A stretch of DNA of 64,000 nucleotides. It comes from Daphnia carinata. Taxonomy: Eukaryota. The notes beneath the pieces were generated by a model that ran no database searches, was not told the DNA's origin, and worked only from the letters and a program-made list of their open reading frames with translations. Shown piece after piece: positions 1 through 12,776 of the stretch. The position numbers and the translations under genes are program-made. The stretch is taken from contig NC_081333.1 of NCBI RefSeq assembly GCF_022539665.2, forward strand, positions 11,532,001 through 11,596,000, in the 5' to 3' direction. How positions within the stretch are numbered: position 1 is the first letter of the stretch; every line of letters begins with the position of its first letter.

Positions 1-65
1 GATCATCAGGTCAAAAAGTTCACAAATAAAATTCTGTTTGTATTTGTTAAGATGCATTTTCACAC

Positions 66-139
66 AAGCCATTTCTTACATCTATGGAAATTCTCCCAGA
101 AAGGGTTTGATATTACCATTTCATTTTGCTCAACAACTT
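66..139 (-). promoter_or_regulatory. SECIS element (form 2) in the SELENOK 3' UTR
   Basis: Minus strand reads ATGAA-ATGGTAATATC-AAA-CCC-TTTCT-GGG-A-GAATTTCCAT-AGAT: ATGA/GA quartet (124-121 and 82-81), ~10 bp helix II, unpaired AAA and an apical CCC/GGG mini-stem. A plausible helix I is AAGTTGTT/AATGGCTT. Confidence 0.88.
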
Positions 140-199
140 AAGCAGGAATTGGCTGTGCGGAAGTAGTCAGACCTATAATTTTTCAATCATGGTCAAACT

Positions 200-667
200 T
201 TAACCTCATCCTCCTCCAGCTCCACAAGGAGGTGCAGCTACTCCACTTACATTTCCTGGCCTTCCTATACGTCTTTGAGACCTCCCACTATTGCAAATTG
301 GCAATATATAAAAAATTATAAGGATAGATCTCTTCGTAGTCTTTAGTATTTATGCAGTTACCTTGATCCAGGTGCGCCATACTGTGTAACATATCTACTG
401 CCTCTTCGATTTGATGCAGGACTTATAAGGGTCTGGAAACTGGTGTAAAACAAGCTCTGTAACATAATTACTGTGCATGATTTTTAAAGGGAAAACTTAC
501 AAGAGTAGAACACCATCTACAAAATTCCAGAATGTTCTTTTGACTTTCTGGATTGACCAACCATCATTTTGGACTACTTGTCCACCTGGAAAAGATAAAA
601 ACATGCTATTATTTAGCTTGCACATAAATCAGAGGGTAGAAAACATACCTGCTGATATGTAAACCAT
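200..667 (-). CDS. SELENOK: Selenoprotein K, 4 exons (667-649, 585-501, 439-362, 287-200), 89 aa with Sec at the penultimate position
   Basis: Splicing at GT-AG sites gives MVYISAGGQVVQNDGWSIQKVKRTFWNFVDGVLLFFQTLISPASNRRGSRYVTQYGAPGSSGRSQRRIGRPGNVSGVAAPPCGAGGG-TGA(208-206)-GGT-TAA. It shows the SelK-type MVYIS start, FW..LFFQTL membrane segment and GGUG end. The ORF track missed it. Confidence 0.93.
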
Positions 668-952
668 ATTTATGTAAGTTATAGTTTTGATTTGAAGCTA
701 AACAACCAACTTCATAACGGAGAAGGTCAATCACAACTCCACCCGTTCTGTGTCAATTTCTTCCGTCGACTGCTCCAACATGTCTTGCGTCAAACAAAAT
801 TTCACTACAAAAACAAATACCGTGCCCTCTTGTGTCTGCTCGCTGTACTTGCATCTGATTTAAGTATGTCAGAATATTGCCAACTGACGAAAAAACGAAA
901 AAACAATCCATAGGCCCATCAGAGTATTTCGTCCAATTCAAGTAAGAACAAA

Positions 953-1970
953 CTATTTTATTTGCAAGGAATTTAATGCTATAATCAAATCTTCTGGGGT
1001 CGGTTTGTTACAAATTCGGCTAACCCCGACTTTGGCCTCTTCCAGTGCATGGGCTGTCGTATTTCCAATACTTATGTTCTAAAAAAGAAAACAAAAAAGC
1101 TTAATTTATCCTCTTAGGTTCATGAAACATATACGTAACTACGCACTTTGGCATTAGCAATCAATCCACATTCTTTCAGGTGCGGTAAACTAAAACTTAC
1201 ACCGGATGGGCTGAAGAAAACTAGATAGTCAGGTTTCTAAAAATGATACTTTAATGTACCTAATTTTTTTTTTTTTTTTTCTGCTTGTACCTTTTGACAA
1301 AGTTGCATGACAAAATCTCGTAGTTGAGGATGTGGCACTGTCATATAGCTGTTTACAATGTCAAAGGGGACATTATGTTCTGCAAGTGTCCGCGGAAGCG
1401 TATCCAACTTCAAGCTACTACAAGGGAATAGCAGCGGAAGTGGAATGCAACCCTTCTGAAAATCTGTGTTTAAAGCTCTATAAAATCTAATACTTGTGTT
1501 AAATAACCCTGGCCGTACCTTCTACTATTAATGAACTGAGATTAACGGCATTCCCACAAGTTTGTCCAACCAAATTCTTCAGACCAAGAAGGTTGATAGC
1601 TGTTTCCCCGGTTTTTATGCCGACACAGTAATGTCGCATTTCCTTCCAAGCACAAGGCAAGTCGGCCATTGCCTGGCTAACGGATTCTGCAGATCTAGGA
1701 CTTGTGAATATAATTCCTATCATTGAAGATATACAGTATAAATAGAGGATACAGCCATGTGGAATTGACATACTAGTCTACACCTGAATATTTATGTGGT
1801 TGTTGTAGACGTTCTCGCAGATTTTCTGTTCGGTACTCGAAGGACAGAGTAGGCACCAAACTTACCGTGAAATTATTCTCTTCCAAAAGTGTTAAATAGC
1901 GGTCGTCGTTTAATGAATTTTCATCCATCGATTTAAATAGAGCAACTATACCTCGTGAACTACCTGCCAT
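953..1970 (-). CDS. UROS: Uroporphyrinogen-III synthase (multi-exon)
   Basis: Spliced translation has VPTLSFEY, GIIFTSPRSAES, YCVGIKT, GQTCGNAVNL, LLFPC, YLVFFSPSG and GNTTAHALEE..KPTPEDL, all HemD/UROS-type motifs. ATG at 1970, stop TAG at 955-953. Confidence 0.88.
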
Positions 1971-2634
1971 GATTTTCAAGCAATAGTAAGAAGCCTGGAT
2001 AAAAACACGATGAAGATTGTTACAATTTCTGCAGACAGAATTTAGGGTAATGGATATACAATTAAAGATCAACCTTTCCGTTTCGGTACTGCTTCGCATA
2101 TAGACTTTGTACTATAACAGATAAGACGTTATTCGATTTCCCTTAACCCGAGAACTAAACGCAACTGATGGAAACTGAACATCAAAGAACTGTTTCATCA
2201 AGATAAATACCAAAAATTTAACTGTGGGGCTATACAGTTTATTCTTCGAAATTTTTTTCCAATGGCATTTGCAAAGATTGCTAGAAAATGATTTCTATTA
2301 GCAGTACTTATACTTGTCGAATATTTCATTAACAGTTAAATTACAGGCTGATGGCCTGATGCTACGGTCTTCATGCCTGCACAATGTGTTCTCATCTGGC
2401 ATGCGCTTGCAAGTTGCAATTTGCAAACTATTTTTCTTATTTCCATCCTGACGAAATCAGGCACCGCTGTCGTTTTCAAAATTTCAGACGACACAAGTTG
2501 ACAAATTGTTCAAAAGTAGAACGTTACATAAACACAAGTGTCTCTCATCTATGGGAATTTTTAGCTGCCACTGCCAGTCCATCAGCTCGAATATTTTAAA
2601 ACAAGTTTCTCCTAAAATTTGTAGTAACAGAAAA

Positions 2635-3711
2635 ATGATGACTTCATTACACATTAAAGAAAATCTGGAATTTGTGAGAGGAAAAATGATTGCAGCGTCT
2701 CTGAAAAGAGCGGAAGAGGCAAGCGACTTTCACCAGAAAGAAAACTTGAAATTTGGAATTCGAAAGTGTTCTTTTTGTAGGCGGTTGCATATAAGACGCC
2801 AAGATTAGTAGCTGTTTCAAAAACAAAACCAGTGATTGATGTAATCGAGGCCTACCATGCAGGACAAAGGCATTTTGGAGAAAACTACATCCAGGAATTG
2901 GCTGAAAAATCTGCTGATCCAAAAGTTTGGGACATTCAATAAATTTACTTCATACAGTTCTTTTCAAGTTAAATTTGCTGCTCATAGATTTTGGAGAAAT
3001 GCCCAGAAATCTGCTGGCATTTTATAGGCCATTTACAACGAAACAAAGTGAACAAACTCATTTCTGTACAAAACTTGTACATGATAGAAACTGTTGATTC
3101 ACTCAAACTAGCTAATGCGCTGAACACATCTTGGACTAAACTGGAGAAAACTGAAAAACTGAAGATCATGGTGCAGGTAAACACCAGTGGTGAAGAGAGT
3201 AAGTTTATCCATATAGATACTAGACTGAATTAGATTACTTTGAAACTCCTTTGAAAACTCACAGATAAAAGTGGAGTCCCACCCAGGGAAGCTAGCAATT
3301 TGACAAAGCAAATCATGGATGACTGCCAAGGTTTGGAAGTTTGTGGATTAATGACAATTGGAGCATATGATTATGATGTCACTTTAGGACCTAACCCAGA
3401 TTTTCTAGTAAAAACTATTCTATTACAAATTTTAAATTATTGATGCACTAACATTTTTTTAATTGAATAGAAACTGGTCAAATGTCATAAGGAAATCTGC
3501 CACACTTTAGACATACAACCAGAATCTTTAGAACTATCTATGGGGATGTCATCTGACTACGAACATGCAGTAATTTTTAATATTAACATAATTCTATAGA
3601 TCAGTTACTTTATTTAGTACATTATTTCTGAAACAATATCAGATTGAGCTTGGGAGCACAAACGTAAGAATCGGAAGCACTATTTTTGGACCACGAGCAA
3701 CGAAGCATTAA
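2635..3711 (+). CDS. PLPBP: PLP-binding protein (PROSC/YggS family), multi-exon
   Basis: Motifs [58 protein letters not shown] and [13 protein letters not shown]. Stop TAA at 3709-3711. Confidence 0.95.
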
Positions 3712-3825
3712 ATATTAGCAGTAAACAAAGAAGCAGTGCAACGCGTTTCCGAATGGTGGAGGGATGTTGAAATGCAAAACCCAGCAATAAATGGATGCAA
3801 ATTAGCAACAGTTTACTACGGTTCA

Positions 3826-6800
3826 TTAGTTAGCATTCTGCTTGCGAAGTGAAGCCAAGCGTTCCGAGACTATTTGAAGATCTCTGAGTCGCTGTGGAGT
3901 ACTTATGCTGATACTAAGAGGCACAGCTTTATTTCGAACGGTGGCTGGTGTGCATTGCGCTGGAAATTCGACGATTGACATCTGGCTGCCTTCAGAATAT
4001 TTCAAGGTACCTTCTAATGTCGAAAGCTCTTCCAATAGGTCTAGTTTAAAGAAAATAGTGCAACAATTTGAAAGCCGAAAAAAAATTACATGGTTCGTAC
4101 TTGTCAAATCAAAAGTTTCTGAAACGAAGGAAATCCCATCACGTTCTTTTTCCGAGTCGGGAAGTAAATCTTCTGGTGTAGGAATAGTTGTGCATCGTGT
4201 TCGCCAAGTTTGTTTTGTATCAATGAAGTGAGACATCTCTGACAAATCTTGTTCCGCCTCTTCGCAGTATTCCGAATGAAGAATTTTTCGTTTTGGTAAA
4301 CGCCCAATGCGCGTCGAGGTGTAAAGACAAGAAGTAATTCCCCTTCCACTTTTCGTTGGGTCACACGGTAGATCAATGACATCTTCTGGGAATAACATTA
4401 TCGAGGATTTGCTCTTGGCCTCATTTCTAAGAGTTTCTTGTACTGTGAAATGCAACTCAGACTCTTGGATTTGCTTCATGGCATCAATGCACTTCATCAA
4501 GTATTTCAGTACAAGTTCAGCTCTCTTAAGCATTGACCTATGACCACTGAGGTCACTGACGTTTCCTACAGCGAGCACGGATGCACCACGAAATTCCGCA
4601 AGTGCTAGCAATAAGAATTCAGTTGGAATCAGTTACGATTCTCGTTCATGTGAAAATCTTAATCTATCATACCAAGTTGAATTTCTTTCAGATAAATTTT
4701 ATCCTTGATAGAATTTTCCCATTTCTGTCCCTCCACAATCGCCAAGCATCTAGTGGTGATTTGTACAATCGGACGACAGTGACGTTCAAGTAACACCACG
4801 TTTTGGACATACACATTCTTTCTGAGTTCGGTAATATGGCCGTTTACAACTTTTTCAGCAACCTATTTGTGAAGGTGAGAAAAAATAGAGAAGGTTACAA
4901 ATAAATATATAATTAACACTTATTCTTTTTTATTTTTACGTGGCAAAATGCAACGGGATCGGCGATAGAATCTAAGTTAGTTTGCAAGTGCGTGCAATGC
5001 TCCTGGAAAGAACGCCAAAGGAACTGAAGATGACAGCTAGCCGCTTTGTTCGTAGGATCCAGGTAACAACTATAAACTGCCGGGATCATTTCAGCTTCAA
5101 GCGACTCGAGAAGCTTCAGGGCACACCTTATCACTTGGATTTCTATGATAATAAAAGTAATTAGATTTAAATTTATCGTTTATAGGATGACGTATTAAAC
5201 TTGGGACATCTGCGGTCGACGACAGAGCAAAGAAGCAGGTTTGCAAAACACGTTCCATAACCTACACGTCTCGAGACAAATTTTGAAAGAAAAAAAAGAT
5301 ATATCAATGTTTTTTTAATATTCATTTAATTATTTTAATATCTTACATTGTCAAATTCTTCCACTTCCTCTGCGAGTTCAGAAGTTTTTCGTGATGAGAT
5401 CACTTCATTCATTTTAACGGAACATCGATGAATCAGCCTCCTAATGGGTTCTGTGCATATAGACAAATTCTAAAAAATAATTTAACAAATAATATCATGG
5501 TACCTTATCAAACTGTCATGATTATTTTCTAACCTCGACCATCATTCTAAGTAATGAATGGTTGACGCTCTGCTCTAGGATTTCCAGAAAATCACGAAAG
5601 ATGTCGACGGCTAATGATATGTCACTAGGTGAATTTTCTAAATTGTGTAGCAAAGACTGTAGTGATCGATATTCATTCAGAACACGCTGCGAATTCCGCG
5701 TTATCTGAATTCGATCTTCATCTGCCGAAAACTTCGATACGGTCATTGCATGCTGGAGAATGAGATTCATGCGCCACCCCATTTCCTCTTCTTCGAAGTG
5801 ACTATGCTCCAGCTGGTCCAACACGTCGTCGATGGCGCCAAGGAAAGACGTCCCATCACGGATACCTTCAGCCGACTGTTCTAAGTTCAGAAGTTCGTAG
5901 ATCTCCTCCAACAGAGACAATATCTCCTTCACCACAAATTCCTTTGAAATCTAAAACAAAAATGTGATTTAAGAAAAAACAATAGTGGTGGAACATTTTA
6001 ACTTCACATACTCGGCTATGCTTGCTTAAAGGATAATAAGCCACATTTTTTATAACTTCTGCAAAGGAAGTTACTAGCTTACGAATGCAATTGAGGTGGA
6101 TCCAAAATTCGCTTTGTATTTTATGATCAAGTAAATCGTCAATACGATGAGATAGCTTTTCCGAAAAGCTTCCAAATCGTACAATGAACTCCTATGATAA
6201 ACAGCTAACAATGATAATTGTTTGGAATTTAATAAATAGGTTATTTTAGCATACTTTGTATAGTGACATAATGTCACGAAGAATTTGGGTGTGCCTCATG
6301 CTGCATAGAGGTTCTTTCAGGCAATTGATAGATTCTTGGAAACTTTTGATCAATTGTTGGTCCCAAAATACAACAATTCTTAAAAGTACTTCTAAAAGTC
6401 CAGCTATTTTCTCTTGGAATGTTTCCAAACTTGTTTCATCAGCTGTAAGCCAAAGAGAATATGTTGATGCTTCTTCAGCAGTCATTAGCATTTCTCTGAA
6501 TGTGTGAAACGTATTAACGGAAGGATTGAGGTTCTTCACTTTTCTGGCAAGAATGCCACAAAGTTCTTGGGTTGACGTTCTGATACCATCAGAAAGATGT
6601 TGTAAACTTTGTCGCAATTGTGGTTTTTCTTCCAAATCTTTTATTGTCAGTGAGCTAATCTCCAATACCTAAAATCACAAATATATAAATAGGAAAGTTT
6701 AACTCCATCCAATAATACAAATTCTATTTCGTAAGTCAATTTCGGATTTGTGTTCGTTTCCAGTTCCTGCGCGATAAAGAAATTAAAAACTCCTACTTGC

Positions 6801-6865
6801 TCCGTTAATGATTCTAACGCATTCGTTAGAGATTTTGTTTTTATGCCATCAGCTAAATCTTCCAT
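3826..6865 (-). CDS. Serendipity locus alpha family protein (vinculin/alpha-catenin related), multi-exon
   Basis: Helical exons joined by short GT-AG introns (MEDLADGIKTK.., SFLGAIDDVLDQL..ILQHAMTVSKFS, IRCALKLLESLEAEMIPAV..DSIADPVAF, HRSMLKRAELVLK, LRDLQIVSERL). Family assignment is from recalled Sry-alpha sequence features. Confidence 0.65.
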
Positions 6866-7147
6866 CGCACGCACTTATTTTTAAGATAAGACGGATGTAT
6901 AAAATAAAAAATTTCCGACTTTGTTTGGTTTAAAATTGTATCTACACTACTGCAGAATAAAGCAATCTGATTAAAAGTTTGAAACTTCAAAAATAGTTCT
7001 TTTTCAGTCCGCTAGGAAACACCGTTGCCAGTAGCATCTCTTTTCACATTTTAAATTTAAATTATTTTCAAACCTATTTTTTCAATGTCAAAAAAACTTT
7101 ATTTGATTCTCGTGATGAATTGTACAGGAAAAGTCATGAGCAAAGTT

Positions 7148-9562
7148 TTAATCAGGTGAATTCAAATTTTTTTCTGAAACCACATGTGCTTGATGATCAG
7201 CTGTTTCCATCTTACTCGTCCTTTTGGTCGATTTCGAGTTTGACTCGCATTCAGTACTGCAGCTATCTTGTGTGATATGACTGATGGGTTGGTGATTTAA
7301 TTGACATTGATGCTCGATGGAAGATGTGCTGTTACACTGTGGAGAAACTTCGGAATGGTCTACAACGATCATCACTCTGGGGGTCTCAGTGGTCATTCCA
7401 ACAACGTCCTGAGTTTGTGCTGGCGATTCGACGTCTTCGACAGGAACAACGTCGCTGGTTGCACGTTCATAGTTGCAACATGTCCTTGATTTACACAATT
7501 CGTTATTGCAGGTTAGTACGCAGTTTTTACTTTGAGCAGGTGTCAAGATTCCGAACTGTAATGGTCAGTAGACAAAAACTTGTTAGAACTATTAAATGGC
7601 GAATGGCATCATGTCATGAATTACCTTATTGAATTCTGGTTGTAATGTTACTCTGGTAATCCCTTGACCAAGAAAAAAATCATTGATAGGCTTCTTGACT
7701 CTCAGATAAACGTTTTCGTTCGTGAAGACCAAATGGGCAGTAGAAATGACTCGATCTGGAGTCAGAGCCCACACGTGCAAATCGTGAATGCCTACGACGG
7801 ATGGAAATGTTTCCTTTAGCTTTGATTTTAGTTCGCCAACATCGATATGGGCTGGCGTTGTTTGCAGGAGAATTTGGCCTGCTTGTATAACTAAAAAAAT
7901 TTTTTTATCAGTAAAAATTCTTTCTTACTAATTCTAGAAAGACTTACTGAAAGGGTATGACGTAAAAACAAGAATAGCGACAGAAACAAGTGTAAGAATA
8001 GGATCGATTAACAAAGAAGTTAAACTTTCGCCATTCATGTAAACAACCACAGCTGAGACGAGAGCAATGACAGTGCCTGGAAAACGCAAAAGATTACTTT
8101 TTTTAAAATTTTTTAAAAAATTTTTTGCACATCAGATTAGATTTGAGTATTTACTGGCGTTGTCTCGTAAAACAGCGTACATGGTTGGCCATCTTTGCGA
8201 TACTCGCGCAATGACGCCTTTCGTTCTCGTATCTAATTCTTCTCTTTGGGGCATCATGACATCTATTTCCGATTCTTGGATATCGTCTTGAGTCCCACCA
8301 GCACATTCGCTTCTGTCTGTTGTAGCCAAACGACGCAGGCCTTTACGGACAGCGTCTTCGGTGGCAACGCCATGCTGTACAAACACATCCCCTCCAGGCG
8401 TCAGAGCTAGAAAACTCCCTTGATGATGTGTAAATCCTTAAAAAAAAAAAAAAAAAAAAGTTTTTTTTTTTTAAAGGACTGTAGTATTAAGAAAAATCAC
8501 ATTTTTGTACAACCTCCAATTAGCAGAATGCAAATGCAATTGAAAAGGATTCCAACGCCGGCTACTATACATATGATTTCAGGTTGGTGCATTGAATCCA
8601 TGTGATCCAAGTGTATTAAAGTTTGAATAGCCTCCACAACCAATGAGAAATCCAATGCGCTGAGAAAGAGTAGGTTGACCACCGTCGATAAAACCTCCAA
8701 TCGTGCCTAACGAAAATAAAAGACAATGTTCAAATTGCAACCATGTAATAATGCAGAAATCCATTTGTAGTGTTCTGAAGTTAACTATTTGCCAATTTTG
8801 GATCTCCCGTAAAATCACGCAATGATTGGAAATTTTTTAAATATCCGTAATGGTATGTTTTAATGGTTGCGGTTTGTGGTGTCCACTTGTCCTCGAAAAT
8901 TTTCTGCGTTTCTTAGGCTACTTTTTTAAAATATCAGGCATCTGTCAATCATTTCCCATTTGTTGCAGTTAAATTTTTAAATTCTAACAATACTTTTGCT
9001 AAGAGAAATCAAACATGTTTCCAACTTACCCATCCGAACGTGTTGGATACGCTGGAGCCACGCTGGCACATCTGCGTCAAACGAAATAAAAAAAAATGCC
9101 TTTAGATCTTAAGATTTAAACAATAACAGTAAATAGTTCTTGAGTTGAATGTCGTAGTTGCGAGATCGTAGCCACTTTCGCAAGTACACGTTTACTTTTG
9201 CCAATGATTCCTTAAACTTTAATCGCCGCTCCGGGCTTTGCTCGAGTCCAAGTATTGTTTACATTACGCACAAGACTTTGTCTTGGACAATTCTCGTGGT
9301 CTCCGCGTGTTCAAATGGATTTAAAGCGTGCAGTTCATTCTACTTAGACAAAACGTTTTGTATAATGATGAATTACCTTGATAGTAGCAATGCATCCAAT
9401 CAGCGAGAAAATGTTGTATAACATGTGGTACGCGGCTACGAGTAGCGTCAGGGAATGGGTGATGTGGCTCATCACGATTTCAACCAAAAACAGTGCGATA
9501 CTAGCCACTAGTACACCTATCAAACGGTCTAGGCCTGGCTGTTTCCACAGAAGATTTCTCAT
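7148..9562 (-). CDS. SLC30/CDF family transporter, ZnT77C-like with a non-canonical metal site
   Basis: LVEIVMSHITHSLTLL, NTFGWARLEVL, IDPIL, ILLQTTP, IHDLHVWAL, TLQPEF and a C-terminal C..C...CC. TM2 reads HMLYN and TM5 reads AVLRD. Confidence 0.85.
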
Positions 9563-12168
9563 TGTAGTTTTTCTTTTGAAATGTTAGTTCCAACCTCATG
9601 CGACTGCAGTAGAACGATCAGAAAATACAATGCGCCACACACAACCTTCAGCCGATCTATCCCTCAAGCTATCTAGGTCACAACTGTTTTGAATCTTGTT
9701 TTTTTCGAAGCTTGTTGCTAGGCAGTAGCGCGTCTACCAGTTGCCTGAACTCTTACCAGTAAATCGTACCAAAACCTTCTTTCAGTATCGACGAAAAAGA
9801 GAGTAAATCTTTTTGTATGAAACTCGTATTGCTCCTCTGTGATCGGAAGCTCATCGGGAAAGAAAGAGTGGTTTGTGGGTGTAATCGACGAGGGTTTGGA
9901 CAATCAATCTTAAGAGGCGTCTCTGCCGTGTGGGCGAACGTTTAAAGATATGCCGCAAAAAGGAACGCCCACTTCGTTTGCCACTGTTCTGCAACTACTG
10001 GACAATCGACTTGTCCAGTACTTGTGTACGATTATTGTCCAAGGTTGGTTAAGATATCTCGCACAATGGGGAACCCTTACAGATGTTTGGGAGGAGGCTT
10101 ATCGTTTAAAGATTGAGATCAATCCTATCAACATTTATCCCTACGTCTCGCATGTACTTGTCTGGCCCCGCCAAGTGAGATAAGAGTACAAGTTAAATTT
10201 AGTCAGAACACAATGCACTCGTTTGTCGGAGTTTATGCCAATCGGTTTGCACCGTCACTCGAACATGTTTGAAACCAGACAATAGATGATGGGAGTTTAA
10301 AAGTCCGTATTACGTAAACCACGCGATAAATGAGTTTGCTATCTTTTCTCTGTCGTTAAACAGTTCTTTCAATTCGCATCAGTTTTGATTCTTCTTTGGG
10401 CTGATCATTGTGGTAATTTCGAATAGAATAAAAGTATGGAATTCAACATCGTAGGTATTGTTTGCATTGTTGTCTTGTTTGCGGATGCATTATGCCAATA
10501 TTGCATTTTATTTCAGTACGGTAGTTGTTCAGTTGCAATCAATTACGACGGCGTGCAATCGTGTTTATTCTTAAATTTAGTTTAAAATTTGCTGATTTTA
10601 CGTTTTGAAATACTTAATCGATGAAGCGAATCGTTGGGAGGACCGGATAGATTTGCAGAAAACATTAGTAAAAAAGAAAAAGAAAGGAGAGATCGAGGGA
10701 TGGGGATAGAGTAAGAGCGTCAAATAGGGAGTAAGAAAAAAGTGGGGGAAAAAATGTTGCGGGAATGTTCATTTTAGGAGTGGCACGGAAATAGCTCACG
10801 CATCCCCGTAAGAAGAACTGGGCGGTAGACGATCCGGCTGACTATAAGCGCTACCGTTCTCGGCTGTTTGTCGCTGCCATTGGTGCTGGAGCCACTGATT
10901 GTTGGTTTTGCCTTAACGGCAGCTGAAACTGGAACCACGGGCGCATATAGACAGGCACCCACCTCCCGACGCCCGGTCTCCTAGGCATCGACATAGCTGG
11001 GCGTCTATGTAGTCGACACCGTAGAGCTTATATTCACCCACCTTCTTGAATTTCTCAAGCTGAAGCCGAGCCGTTAAGGGCCAACTAAATATGGAACGAC
11101 TGAACGCCAGTCGCGCTGCGATAGTCCCCATTTTTTTCTTCTTTGCTTTCTCCCCCGCTTTGTCCTTGCTGCTCATCGTTCTCCGTTTTTCTTTGCTTCT
11201 TGACAAGGAATTCTGTATCCGGAAACTGCGAGCTGTTTGAAATGGAATCAAGCTCTTTGTTTCTTGTTATTTAACAGATCGTTACTCGCTAGGTTCCGTT
11301 TGCTGCCGATGTCTAAAATTGGGCTTGCAAAAATGATCTATTTATTTTACTTCCTCGGTGTTGAGTATTTGAAAGTATCAGTATCCATTTTGCCGATTTT
11401 TCGATTTACCTTTTGCAAAAATCCAATGGCTGTCCAATGTTTGAATTAATCCTTCAAATGCGATATTTTTAACCATTGCGATCTGTTAAGCGCTTTAGAG
11501 GAATTAATCATTTGTTCTGTTGAATTGAAAGTGTCCTTTAGTTGATCAAATTGAAGATACCTAATTTTGAAAAGTTGTTGAAACGAAAGAATGCGCATTT
11601 GGATTCCAGAAAATCAACTCGTTTACAAACGCCATCGAGTTTTAACAAAACCATATCGTTACAGTAACGTTGGCAGTGGAAATACCTAAGATGGTCGTGT
11701 TTCCGTATTGGCCGTATCATTTATGATGTTTGTATAAAGTCTGCGCTAAAAAATAACATAGAGAGAGAGAGACCCGGATGACTCATTCGTATTATAAATT
11801 AAGAGAACTCCGAGTTATACGAGTAAAAAGTAAACATGACATCTACCCGTTATTCTATTCTTGGAACCGCTTTCAAAAACTAAAACAAACTTGCACATCA
11901 TCTTTCTTTTTTTTTTTTCGCAAATGTCCGTTTTATTCAAATCGCGGAAGTGTCCAGAAAACGTTAACGAAATTTCTTGTTTAGTCCCCGGATAGAAAGA
12001 AAACAAAACAAAAAGGTAGCAGAGTGTACAGCGTTCATTTTGTCCCGCACGGAACGTATATTAGGTGTAGGACGGGGGGCTGATAGAATTTTATCCGTCC
12101 TGACTGAACACGAGAAAAGAAAAAGAATATTTTTTGCTTTTTCCTTTTGCCGTCTCTGCTGCTCACAA

Positions 12169-12178
12169 CTAAAAATAG
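12169..12178 (+). promoter_or_regulatory. MEF2 site upstream of troponin T
   Basis: CTAAAAATAG is a perfect YTA(W)4TAR match upstream of a muscle gene. Confidence 0.55.
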
Positions 12179-12776
12179 GTAGCCATCCCTTCCGCCCGGA
12201 ACGGAGGAATAGCGCTTACACAGTGGGTTTTGGCCTAATAAACGGACTGCGCGAAGGAGCACAGCACCGTGTGTGGAGAGCAGAGCATATAGACGGCGTG
12301 CAGGTCGTGTGTTGACGTCAGCTCTAACCGTTCCAGCCGTACCTTACGCGGTACCGCCAGTTTATTAGGAATTGAGAACGGACTGTTCCAGTCGCTCCTT
12401 GCGTGGCCGCCGAGTGGTTTCCAGTCGAGTACGGCTCGTTCCAGACTCCGGTGCTGCCTTTTCGCTCAAGTCCACAGGCCTTTCGTGTCGCCCTTCCCCT
12501 CCCAACTGTTTCTTTTTTGATCGTTTAACGTCGAAGCTTTTGTGAGTACACCGACCCAAGTGAAAACAATTTTCGCACATCCTCTCCCCGAAAAAGACAT
12601 GCAAATTTTTTTCTAAAACGGAAGTTTCTGCAACCGGAAGTGCGGATGCAGAAACACCGACTTCGTCCACTTTCAACTTGAAACTAACACACCTTTTGTA
12701 TTTTTGTATTTTTTTTTAAACTATCCTCCATTTACGGCCGATTTCCCTGATTGCGTCGCAGACAACTCTTTCAACC

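Noticed and set aside
10774..12676. ORFs 10774-10962, 10913-11251, 11977-12315 and 12365-12676
   Set aside because: No recognisable protein or exon chain. The region is better explained as the TnT promoter, enhancer and 5' non-coding exon (donor GTGAGT at 12542).
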